64,000 nucleotides of DNA, taken from positions 68,026 to 132,025 of the forward strand of contig CADCLV010000003.1 in assembly GCA_902802325.1 (NCBI GenBank), in the 5' to 3' direction. This DNA comes from Oscillospiraceae bacterium (lineage in GTDB: Bacteria > Bacillota > Clostridia > Saccharofermentanales > Saccharofermentanaceae). The notes beneath the pieces are model-generated. The model saw only the letters and a list, made by a program, of their open reading frames with translations. It had not been told where the DNA came from and did not search any database. Positions 48,325 to 56,536 of this stretch are shown here, piece after piece. Position 1 is the stretch's first letter. Each line of letters begins with the position of its first letter. The position numbers were made by a program, and so were the translations under genes.

Positions 48325-48407
48325 GCGGCGGTGGCGGAATTGGCAGACGCGCACGTTTGAGGGGCGTGTGGGCGACCATACGGGTTCAAGTCCCGTTCGC
48401 CGCACCA
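48325..48407 (+). tRNA. tRNA-Leu (anticodon GAG), type II with long variable arm, CCA encoded
   Basis: Acceptor GCGGCGG/TCGCCGC, D-arm GTGGCGGAATTGGCAGAC, anticodon stem CACGT/GCGTG with loop TTGAGGG, T-loop GGTTCAAGTCC. Confidence 0.85.
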
Positions 48408-48408
48408 G

Positions 48409-48452
48409 AAAGACTATCGATGGATCATTTCCTGAGATAGTCTTTTCTTTTG
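48409..48452 (+). terminator. Intrinsic terminator after tRNA-Leu
   Basis: AAAGACTATC pairs with GATAGTCTTT, followed by TCTTTTGCTTTCTTTT. Confidence 0.7.
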
Positions 48453-48469
48453 CTTTCTTTTCCTTTCGA

Positions 48470-48498
48470 TTGAAGATTAAGTGAAAATAGCGTATAAT
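48470..48498 (+). promoter_or_regulatory. Promoter of the lipoprotein gene
   Basis: TTGAAG (48470-48475), 17-nt spacer, TATAAT (48493-48498). Confidence 0.55.
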
Positions 48499-48551
48499 TC
48501 CTATTCGTGGTAAGCATGGAGTGTTTTTACTGCATTTAAGGAGGAAGAAAA

Positions 48552-49706
48552 ATGAAGAAAAATGTTTCGAAAGTGGCATGTCTGGTTTTGTCTCTTTCTA
48601 TGGTCGCTTCTATGGCGGCTTGTAAGAAAAGTGAGAAGAAGTCGTCCGGATGTGTCGAGGCGGCAGAGAATGTTCTCAGCTCGATCATCCCGCTGAATGA
48701 AAAGAAGATCAAGAAGCTGGCTAAGGGTTCTGATTTTGATGAGGAAATCATCGATAAGCTTAAAGTCCATGGACAGAGTGAGATGGTTGAGGCGGTCATG
48801 GAAAAGGCCACCTTTGAGGTCGATTCGGATAGTGTAGAGGAAAAGAAGAAGAAGGCTTCCTGTTCGGCAACGGTTACAATGCCGGATTATGAGGATGCTA
48901 TGGATGAGTCGGACGGCGATCCGGATGATTTCATCGATGCGATCGAAGGACAGAAGGAGAAGAATTATATCTCCGTAGATCTGGAACTGGAATTTGAAGT
49001 GGATGACGATGAATATGTCCTGACAAATGGCGATGAGGTTTTTGATACCCTCTTTGATCCGCTTTTTGAAGCAATCGGTTCCTATCAGGTAGATAATCCG
49101 GATCCGACAGATGATACGGTTGCGGATACCACACCGGCAGACACAACTCCTGCGGATACAACACCGGCAAATACGACACCAGCGGACACGACACCGGCAA
49201 ATACGACACCAGCGGACACGACACCGGCGGATACTACCCCGGCAGATACCACTCCGGCAACATCCTCTCAGCAGGCATTGCCTTTGCCGTTCAAGTCTTT
49301 TAAGAAAGCTGATCTTAATGAGAGCATTTTCGACAATGCAATCAAGGCTGTAGATCCGAATGCTTCGGTCGATGATTATCCGCTTGACGAAATTGCGGAT
49401 TATAAGGCTACGAAGTATAAGATCGCTACCAGCCCCAACAACTGGAACGTCATGTATACCTATTATGAGTTTGAATCTGCGGATGGTGCCCATAAGTACT
49501 TTGAGGATACATGCGCTCTCCTGCAGTCGATTTCTTCCGGCTACGGTCTTGAAGCGGATTACGGTTATCTGATTTATGAAAGTGAGTCTATGGATATTAT
49601 CTACTACTTCTCCGGCAATGCCATGACAGTAGTCGTAACTTTCGCTCTGGATCAGACTGCGTTTGATCAGATCACTACCTTTGTAAATGCACTGGGTATT
49701 GCCTGA
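48552..49706 (+). CDS. Lipoprotein of unknown function with a (TTPAD/N)n repeat
   Basis: Signal peptide with the lipobox MAAC, an acidic body and nine pentapeptide repeats. RBS AAGGAGG. Confidence 0.7.
   Translation: MKKNVSKVACLVLSLSMVASMAACKKSEKKSSGCVEAAENVLSSIIPLNEKKIKKLAKGSDFDEEIIDKLKVHGQSEMVEAVMEKATFEVDSDSVEEKKKKASCSATVTMPDYEDAMDESDGDPDDFIDAIEGQKEKNYISVDLELEFEVDDDEYVLTNGDEVFDTLFDPLFEAIGSYQVDNPDPTDDTVADTTPADTTPADTTPANTTPADTTPANTTPADTTPADTTPADTTPATSSQQALPLPFKSFKKADLNESIFDNAIKAVDPNASVDDYPLDEIADYKATKYKIATSPNNWNVMYTYYEFESADGAHKYFEDTCALLQSISSGYGLEADYGYLIYESESMDIIYYFSGNAMTVVVTFALDQTAFDQITTFVNALGIA
49122..49259 (+). repeat. 15-nt coding tandem repeat (A-D-T-T-P), about 9 units including an exact 30-nt duplication
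   Basis: GCGGATACCACACCG-type units. CAAATACGACACCAGCGGACACGACACCGG occurs twice in tandem. Confidence 0.9.
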
Positions 49707-49730
49707 TCCGTTTATTCCGATTATATTGAA

Positions 49731-49772
49731 AGAGGGTGCTTTCCGAAGAACCAGAAAGCGCCCTCTTTTTTC
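49731..49772 (+). terminator. Intrinsic terminator
   Basis: 13-bp stem AGAGGGTGCTTTC / GAAAGCGCCCTCT (one G-U pair) followed by T6. Confidence 0.8.
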
Positions 49773-49796
49773 TTACGATGAAAAGGAGAGTTACGC

Positions 49797-50579
49797 ATGA
49801 AGGTTACCGTTCTTTCGGAAAATACCAGTCACAGTGGATTTGCTTCTGAACATGGATTGTGCTTGTTTATCGAGACGCAAAAACATAAGATCCTCTTCGA
49901 TTTCGGCGCCTCTTCCTTGTTCGTCAAAAATGCTGAGAGGCTGGGCGTAGATCTGGGAGAAGTGGATGTGGCATTTCTGTCCCACGGTCATTATGATCAC
50001 GGAGGCGGACTGGAAGCTTTTCTGGAGATCAATAAAATTGCCAACATCTATATGCAGGAACAGGTTTTTGAACCACATTATAATGCCAGAAACGAATATA
50101 TCGGTCTGGATGTGACGCTGGACGGACATCCGCGATTCATCAAGGTCAGAGAAGATACGGTGATCGATGGAGAACTTTCTTTTGTCACGATGAAGAAAGG
50201 GAAGAAGCCGGTGGAGACCCAGGGCCTTAAGGTCAAGAGGGGAAAGTTTATGGAGAAAGAGGATTTCGTTCATGAGATGTATCTTCAGATCCATGAGGGG
50301 TACAAGAATTATCTGATCAGCGGCTGCTCCCATAAGGGGCTGATCAATCTGATCTACCAGTTCCGTTTTGATGCCTTTGTCGGCGGTTTTCACTTCATGA
50401 AGTATGATGTGCTTTGGGATGAAGACCGGTTAATAGAAGCGGCAGAGGCAATCAAAAATGCACGGGCGGAGTTTTATACCTGCCATTGTACCGGATCCGA
50501 GCAACTGCAGTTTCTGAAAGACGAAGTGGGAGATAAACTTCACGGAATCTCCTGCGGGGATTCTGTATATATCGAATAA
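49797..50579 (+). CDS. MBL-fold metallo-hydrolase
   Basis: HxHxDH motif (SHGHYDHGGG) and a later CSHKG. RBS AAAGGAG. Confidence 0.8.
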   Translation: MKVTVLSENTSHSGFASEHGLCLFIETQKHKILFDFGASSLFVKNAERLGVDLGEVDVAFLSHGHYDHGGGLEAFLEINKIANIYMQEQVFEPHYNARNEYIGLDVTLDGHPRFIKVREDTVIDGELSFVTMKKGKKPVETQGLKVKRGKFMEKEDFVHEMYLQIHEGYKNYLISGCSHKGLINLIYQFRFDAFVGGFHFMKYDVLWDEDRLIEAAEAIKNARAEFYTCHCTGSEQLQFLKDEVGDKLHGISCGDSVYIE

Positions 50580-50603
50580 TCGGGAGAAATCAGTAAATTC
50601 CGC

Positions 50604-50631
50604 TTGCATCTTTTTCTATCTCTGATATCAT
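50604..50631 (+). promoter_or_regulatory. Promoter of the symporter-ior cluster
   Basis: TTGCAT (50604-50609), 16-nt spacer, extended -10 TGa-TATCAT (50623-50631). Confidence 0.45.
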
Positions 50632-50718
50632 GGGAATGTAGTTTTTGCGCCTTTTTGGAGGGGTGTGAAAGAAAATTGTAGGGCTGCATTTCCATTGGCA
50701 GCAGAAGGATGGTAGAAT

Positions 50719-52332
50719 ATGGATTCTCTCGACTTTTTGTACGGGATAGTCATTGTCGTATTCTTCGCAATGATTATCGGTGTAGGTTTGTACTCAAGAA
50801 AGAACACCAAGGACGTGTCTTCTTTTGTACTCGGTGGCAGACGGGTAGGCCCGTGGCTGACGGCATTCTCATTTGGTGCCACTTATTTTTCCGCTGTTAT
50901 CTTTATCGGTTACGCAGGTAAATTCGGCTGGGATTTCGGTGTCTCGGCTTTATGGATCGGCCTTGGTAACGCATTTATCGGCTCTCTTGCCGCCTGGGTC
51001 ATTCTCGGTAAACGCTGCCGTATCATGACCAAAACATTAAACACGAACACCATGCCGGACTTTTTCGGCAAGCGTTATGATTCCAAGGCATTGCGCATCA
51101 CTGCTGCCTTGATCATTTTTATCTTCATGATCCCGTATTCCGCATCGGTATTTAACGGTCTTTCTTATCTGTTTACTTCGGCCCTTCGTCTGGACCGTAT
51201 CTCCAACGGATATGAGATCTGCATCGTTGTTATGAGTGTTCTTGCCGCCACCTATGTTATCCTCGGCGGGTATATGTCCACTGCGATCAATGACTTTATC
51301 CAGGGCATGATCATGATCGTCGGTATCTGCATGACGATCGTATGTGTACTGAATCACCATGGCGGTCTGATGTCTTCCATGACAGAGCTTTCCAAAGTTC
51401 CGGCTGCCAACGGTTCTTCCTTCCAGGGCGTGTATTCCTCGCTCTTCGGACCTGAACCGCTGAACCTTCTGGGCGTTGTGATCCTGACCTCTCTTGGTAC
51501 ATGGGGACTTCCGCAGATGGTACAGAAGTTCTATTCCATCAAGGACGATAAGTCCGTACACACAGCTACTGTAATTTCTACGATCTTTGCCGTGATCATC
51601 GCCGGCGGTTCTTACTTCATGGGCGGTTTCGGCCGTATCTTCGTAAAGCCGGAGGATATTGCTACTGCATCCGGTTCTCTGAACATGGATAAGATCATGC
51701 CGAAGGTACTGGAGATCGCAGTACCGGAGATCCTGGTTGCGATCCTGGTAGTACTTGTTCTTTCTGCTTCCATGTCTACACTGACTTCACTGGTACTGAC
51801 TTCCAGTTCCACTATCACACTGGACGTACTGGCAGATAACGTGATCAAGAAGATGGATGAGAAGAGGAAGGTAAGCATCATTCGTCTCCTCCTGGCATTC
51901 TTCGTACTGGTATCGATGGCACTGGCGATCTATTCCTACAGAAGCAACGATATGTACATCACAAAACTGATGTCGATCTCCTGGGGCGCGATGGCCGGAT
52001 CTTTCCTGGCTCCGTTCTTCTATGGTCTTTTCTGGAAGGGCGTCACGAAGGCTGCCGTATGGGCTTCCTTTATCAGTGGTGTCGGCATTACCGTATCCCA
52101 CCTGATCCTCAGTAACGGTCCGCTGTTCGGTCATAGCTTTAAGTTCCCGACAGGCCTTCCGATCAACCTGGCATCCCCGATCAACGCAGGTGCTTTTGCC
52201 ATGTTATTCGGACTCATCATTGTGCCGATAGTATCCTGGATCTCTCCGAAACTGGATAAAAAAGTCATCGATGCGGCTTTCAAAGATATGCCGGATGATA
52301 TTCCTGCCAGAATTGATGATATTAAAGCGTAA
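50719..52332 (+). CDS. Sodium:solute symporter family (SSF) transporter
   Basis: 537 aa with about 13 TM helices. The N-terminus FVLGGRRVGPWLTAFSFGATYFSA is typical of the PanF/PutP-like SSF family. Confidence 0.8.
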   Translation: MDSLDFLYGIVIVVFFAMIIGVGLYSRKNTKDVSSFVLGGRRVGPWLTAFSFGATYFSAVIFIGYAGKFGWDFGVSALWIGLGNAFIGSLAAWVILGKRCRIMTKTLNTNTMPDFFGKRYDSKALRITAALIIFIFMIPYSASVFNGLSYLFTSALRLDRISNGYEICIVVMSVLAATYVILGGYMSTAINDFIQGMIMIVGICMTIVCVLNHHGGLMSSMTELSKVPAANGSSFQGVYSSLFGPEPLNLLGVVILTSLGTWGLPQMVQKFYSIKDDKSVHTATVISTIFAVIIAGGSYFMGGFGRIFVKPEDIATASGSLNMDKIMPKVLEIAVPEILVAILVVLVLSASMSTLTSLVLTSSSTITLDVLADNVIKKMDEKRKVSIIRLLLAFFVLVSMALAIYSYRSNDMYITKLMSISWGAMAGSFLAPFFYGLFWKGVTKAAVWASFISGVGITVSHLILSNGPLFGHSFKFPTGLPINLASPINAGAFAMLFGLIIVPIVSWISPKLDKKVIDAAFKDMPDDIPARIDDIKA

Positions 52333-52398
52333 AACATGATACAATAGACGGGTGCTTATTTTAGTCATTACTAAAGAAATATAAGTGAGGTACGCAAA

Positions 52399-54168
52399 GT
52401 GAAACAGATCATGTTAGGTAATGAAGCTGTGGCACGTGGCGCTTATGAAGCAGGAGTGAAAGTTGTTTCTTCCTACCCGGGCACCCCGAGCACAGAAATC
52501 ACAGAAACCATTGCCACCTACGACCGCATTTACTGCGAGTGGGCGACAAATGAGAAGGTAGCAGCAGAGGTGGCGATCGGCGCGTCGATCCGTGGCGCAC
52601 GTGCCATGACATGCATGAAGCATGTTGGTATGAATGTGGCCGCAGACCCGATGTTTACCGCCGCTTATGAGGGAGTGAACGGCGGACTGGTATTCGTTGT
52701 CGCTGACGACCCGGGTATGCACAGCTCGCAGGACGAGCAGGATAGCAGAAACTACGGCCGTGCTGCAAAACTTATGGTACTGGAGCCGTCTGACAGTCAG
52801 GAGAGTAAGGATTTCGCCAAACTTGCCTTCTCTCTTTCCGAGCGGTTCGACACACCGGTGATCCTTCGTATGCACACCCGTGTATCTCATTCCCGTTCTA
52901 TTGTGGAACTTAGTGATCCGGAAGAGATCGTTGTCCGTCCTTACGAGAAGAACGTGAATAAGTATGTCATGATGCCGGCTATGGCCATTAAGCGCCATGT
53001 GGTGGTGGAGCAGAGAACGCTGGACATCGCCAAGGCTTCCAACGAAGAGTTCCTGGGCCTCGGCATTCATAAGCTGGAAATGAACGATACAAAACTTGGT
53101 ATTATTACTTCCGGTGCTTCCTACCAGTATGTGAAGGAAGCGGTTCCTTCCGCATCTGTTCTGAAGCTGGGCTGTGTATGGCCGCTTCCGATGGATCTGA
53201 TCGCTGACTTTGCTTCCAAGGTCGACCGTCTCGTTGTGGTCGAGGAACTCGATCCGTTTATGGAAACCGAGATCAAGGCAGCCGGAATCGCCTGTGAAGG
53301 AAAAAATCTCTTTACTCTTCAGGGTGAGTACAACGCCAGAATGATCCGTGCGGCTCTTACTTCGGATGCGCTTCCGGAAAAAGCACTGGATCTTGATAAG
53401 CTTCCGAAAGCCCCGGGCCGTCCGCCGCTTCTTTGCGCCGGCTGTCCGCATAAGGGCATGTTCCTTGCCCTGAACCGCGCGAAAGTACAGGTAATGGGCG
53501 ATATCGGATGCTATACCTTGGGTACACTGCCGCCGACATCTGCAATGGATGTATCTGTCTGCATGGGTGCTTCGGTAGGTATGGCTCACGGCTTTGATAA
53601 GGCTTCTGACGGAGAAGACAGCAAGAAGACCGTTGCCGTGATCGGTGACTCCACCTTCCTGCATTCCGGTATCACGAATCTGATCAATGCGGTATATAAT
53701 CAGAGCGCCATTACGGTCATGATCCTGGATAACTCCATTACCGGTATGACCGGTCACCAGCAGAATCCGGCTTCCGGTAAGAACATCCGTCTGCAGCCGG
53801 CTCCGGCCATCGACCTGGAGACACTTTGCAGAAGCGTGGGTGTCACTTCGGTCCGTACCGTTGATCCGGTGGATACCTATGAGGTGGAAAAGATCGTTAA
53901 AGAAGAGATCGCAAAAGATTGTGTTTCGGTCATCATCGTCCGTCGTCCTTGTGCTTTGATCCCTACCGGCAAGAAACCGAAGGGCGTCAGCATCGAACTG
54001 AATGAGGAGGCCTGCAAGAAGTGCGGCGCCTGCTCCCGTATCATGTGTCCGGCACTGGTAGCCGGTCCGGATAAGAAGCCGGTCATTGATCCGGAGGCTT
54101 GCAACGCCTGCGGTCTTTGCATCAACATGTGCAAGTTCAATGCCCTCAGCAAGAAGGAGGAAGCGTAA
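52399..54168 (+). CDS. iorA: Indolepyruvate:ferredoxin oxidoreductase alpha subunit
   Basis: LGNEAVARGAYEAGVKVVSSYPGTPSTEI, a TPP motif and C-terminal 2x CxxCxxC(x)nCP. GTG start after GTGAGG. Confidence 0.85.
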   Translation: MKQIMLGNEAVARGAYEAGVKVVSSYPGTPSTEITETIATYDRIYCEWATNEKVAAEVAIGASIRGARAMTCMKHVGMNVAADPMFTAAYEGVNGGLVFVVADDPGMHSSQDEQDSRNYGRAAKLMVLEPSDSQESKDFAKLAFSLSERFDTPVILRMHTRVSHSRSIVELSDPEEIVVRPYEKNVNKYVMMPAMAIKRHVVVEQRTLDIAKASNEEFLGLGIHKLEMNDTKLGIITSGASYQYVKEAVPSASVLKLGCVWPLPMDLIADFASKVDRLVVVEELDPFMETEIKAAGIACEGKNLFTLQGEYNARMIRAALTSDALPEKALDLDKLPKAPGRPPLLCAGCPHKGMFLALNRAKVQVMGDIGCYTLGTLPPTSAMDVSVCMGASVGMAHGFDKASDGEDSKKTVAVIGDSTFLHSGITNLINAVYNQSAITVMILDNSITGMTGHQQNPASGKNIRLQPAPAIDLETLCRSVGVTSVRTVDPVDTYEVEKIVKEEIAKDCVSVIIVRRPCALIPTGKKPKGVSIELNEEACKKCGACSRIMCPALVAGPDKKPVIDPEACNACGLCINMCKFNALSKKEEA

Positions 54169-54169
54169 T

Positions 54170-54766
54170 ATGGCAAAGGATATTTCAATCGTACTCGCCG
54201 GTGTCGGCGGACAGGGAACCTTGATTGCCGGTAAGCTTCTTGGCATTCTGGCTATGAAGCAGGGCCTGGATATTAAAGTATCCGAGGTTCACGGCATGAG
54301 CCAGCGCGGCGGTTCCGTTATCACGTATGTAAGAATGGGACAGAAGGTCTATTCTCCGATCATCGAAGAAGGTATGGCAGATTATGTGCTGGCTTTTGAA
54401 GAAGTGGAAGCAGTCCGCTGGGCAAACCTTCTGAAAAAAGACGGTGTTCTTCTGGTCAATTCCCAGAAGATCAAGAGCCTTCCGGTACTTCTCGGAAATG
54501 CGGAATATCCGGAGAATATTAAGGATTCGCTTCTTGGCGCTTCTTCCGGAAATACGAAGATCGTGGAATTTGATGCTCTTTCTGCCGCTCTTTCCTGCGG
54601 AAGCAGTAAGGCCGTAAATATGGTTATGGTCGGCGCTCTTTCCGCCGGTATGGATTTTCCAAAGGAACTGTGGGAAGAAGCTATTAATGAGGCATTTGCA
54701 AGTAAAGCCAAACTCATTCCCATGAACCTGAAAGCATTCCAGATGGGACGGGATTTTTTCGCCTGA
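54170..54766 (+). CDS. iorB: Indolepyruvate:ferredoxin oxidoreductase beta subunit
   Basis: ISIVLAGVGGQGTLIAGKLL...VHGMSQRGGSV. The ATG lies 1 nt after the iorA stop. Confidence 0.85.
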   Translation: MAKDISIVLAGVGGQGTLIAGKLLGILAMKQGLDIKVSEVHGMSQRGGSVITYVRMGQKVYSPIIEEGMADYVLAFEEVEAVRWANLLKKDGVLLVNSQKIKSLPVLLGNAEYPENIKDSLLGASSGNTKIVEFDALSAALSCGSSKAVNMVMVGALSAGMDFPKELWEEAINEAFASKAKLIPMNLKAFQMGRDFFA

Positions 54767-54820
54767 TATCGCGGCTTTTGTTGTATAATGGAATTACCAA
54801 GTAATAAGGAGGATCTTCCT

Positions 54821-55252
54821 ATGTTAGTGAAACAGATCAGTGTCTTCCTCGAGAATTCTTTCGGCCGTCTTGCCGAAGTAACTAAGACGTTGGGAAAAGC
54901 CAATATCGACATCCGGGCTTTATTTGTGGCGGATTCATCTGATTACGGTGTTCTCCGTATGATCCTCGATAAGCCGGAAGAGGCCGTCAAGGTTCTTACT
55001 GAAGCCGGATTTACCGTCAGCACGACCCAGGTCCTGGCCATTGCGATCCCGGATACACCGGGTACATTGGATCAGACTTTAACAAAGTTTTCAGAGACCG
55101 GTGAATCGATGGATTATATCTACGGTTTTGTCGGACGGAAATCTTCGGAAGCAGTCATGGTAATTCGTGTACAGAATTATGATCCGGTGATCAAAGCATT
55201 TGAGGAGGCCGGAATCAGGATCTTAAAACCTGAGGAGGTTTATGGTATCTAA
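54821..55252 (+). CDS. ACT domain-containing protein
   Basis: Two ACT-like halves (QISVFLENSFGRLAEV; AIAIPDTPGTLDQ). The ATG at 54821 follows AAGGAGGA. Confidence 0.7.
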   Translation: MLVKQISVFLENSFGRLAEVTKTLGKANIDIRALFVADSSDYGVLRMILDKPEEAVKVLTEAGFTVSTTQVLAIAIPDTPGTLDQTLTKFSETGESMDYIYGFVGRKSSEAVMVIRVQNYDPVIKAFEEAGIRILKPEEVYGI

Positions 55253-56532
55253 TGAGTGATAATCCGTTTTTGAAATACGGAATCAGTGATGCGGTGGTTG
55301 AAATGGCTTCTGAAGCGATGACCACCGCTTCCTCTGTTTTTCGGGATATTGAAAAAGTACGGGAGATCAACCAGCTTCGTGTGCTGGATGCTTTCCGTAA
55401 CGCCCACTTTGCCGAAGCGCATTTAGGGGCTACGACCGGCTATGGTTATGACGACATGGGCCGTGAAAAGATCGAAGAGATGTATGCCGAGCTTTTCGGA
55501 GCGGAAGCGGCCTATGTCCGGATCCAGGTGACCTGTGGTACACAGATACTGGTTGCCTGCCTTTTCGGTATCTTAAAGCCGGGTGAAGAGATGCTGGCTG
55601 TTACGGGCCGGCCGTATGATACTCTGGCGTCTGCGCTGGGTGTGGAAAAGAAAGATGATACATTTACAGGCTCTCTTCTGGATTACGGAATGAAGTATAA
55701 CGAAGTCCAGCTGAAGCCGGACGGATCTCCGGATCTTGAAGCGATCCGTGCTGCCATCAAGCCGGAAACGAAAGTGATTTTCCTGCAGAAGTCAAAGGGC
55801 TATACATCCAGAAGATGTCTTCGAGCCGACGACATCAAGGCCGTGGTGGATCTGGTAAAGGGGATCCGGGAGGATCTGATCGTTTTTGTGGACAACTGCT
55901 ACGGTGAATTTGTGGAAACGAAAGAACCATGTGCTGTGGGCGCAGATCTTTGTGCCGGTTCACTTATCAAGAATGCCGGCGGCGGACTTTGCCCGTCTGG
56001 CGCATATGTCTGCGGCAAAAAGGATCTGGTGGAACGGGTTGCCGAGCGTGTTACCGCGCCGGGACTGGGAAGCCATGTGGGTCCCAGCCTGGGATTCAAC
56101 CGGCAGATCGCCCAGGGACTTTTCATGGCGCCGCATGTGGTGGCGGAAGCCTTAAAGGGTGCCGTGTTTGCCGCCAGGATGCTGGAAATGGCCGGATGCA
56201 CCTGTGCGCCGGCATTTGATGAGAAGCGTGGCGACATCGTACAAAGTGTGGCTTTCCCAAATGCGGAACAAATGGTAAACTTTTGTAGAAACGTACAAAG
56301 CTGCTCGCCGGTGGACTCGTTTGTCGCGCCGGAACCGTGGGCTATGCCCGGCTATGATGCAGAAGTCGTCATGGCGGCAGGTGCTTTTGTACAGGGCGCA
56401 TCCATCGAATTTTCGGCGGATGGTCCGGTAAAACCGCCTTATCTGGTATACATGCAGGGCGGATTAGTATTTGAACAGGTGAAACTGGCTGTCATGATGG
56501 CCGTTTCGAAAATGAGGGAGACGAAGAACTAA
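55252..56532 (+). CDS. Methionine gamma-lyase family (YnbB / aluminium-resistance-protein-like) PLP enzyme
   Basis: The N-terminal region VLDAFRNAHFAEAHLGATTGYGYDDMGREKIE is typical of this family. TAATG coupling to the ACT gene. Confidence 0.65.
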   Translation: MSDNPFLKYGISDAVVEMASEAMTTASSVFRDIEKVREINQLRVLDAFRNAHFAEAHLGATTGYGYDDMGREKIEEMYAELFGAEAAYVRIQVTCGTQILVACLFGILKPGEEMLAVTGRPYDTLASALGVEKKDDTFTGSLLDYGMKYNEVQLKPDGSPDLEAIRAAIKPETKVIFLQKSKGYTSRRCLRADDIKAVVDLVKGIREDLIVFVDNCYGEFVETKEPCAVGADLCAGSLIKNAGGGLCPSGAYVCGKKDLVERVAERVTAPGLGSHVGPSLGFNRQIAQGLFMAPHVVAEALKGAVFAARMLEMAGCTCAPAFDEKRGDIVQSVAFPNAEQMVNFCRNVQSCSPVDSFVAPEPWAMPGYDAEVVMAAGAFVQGASIEFSADGPVKPPYLVYMQGGLVFEQVKLAVMMAVSKMRETKN

Positions 56533-56536
56533 GTTT

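Noticed and set aside
43467-48407. Genomic island integrated at tRNA-Leu carrying the TIR gene
   Set aside because: I found no integrase, recombinase or direct repeat of the tRNA 3' end. The native-GC DHH gene lies between the TIR gene and the tRNA, and the tRNA has its own promoter pointing away. Only the compositional anomaly is reported.
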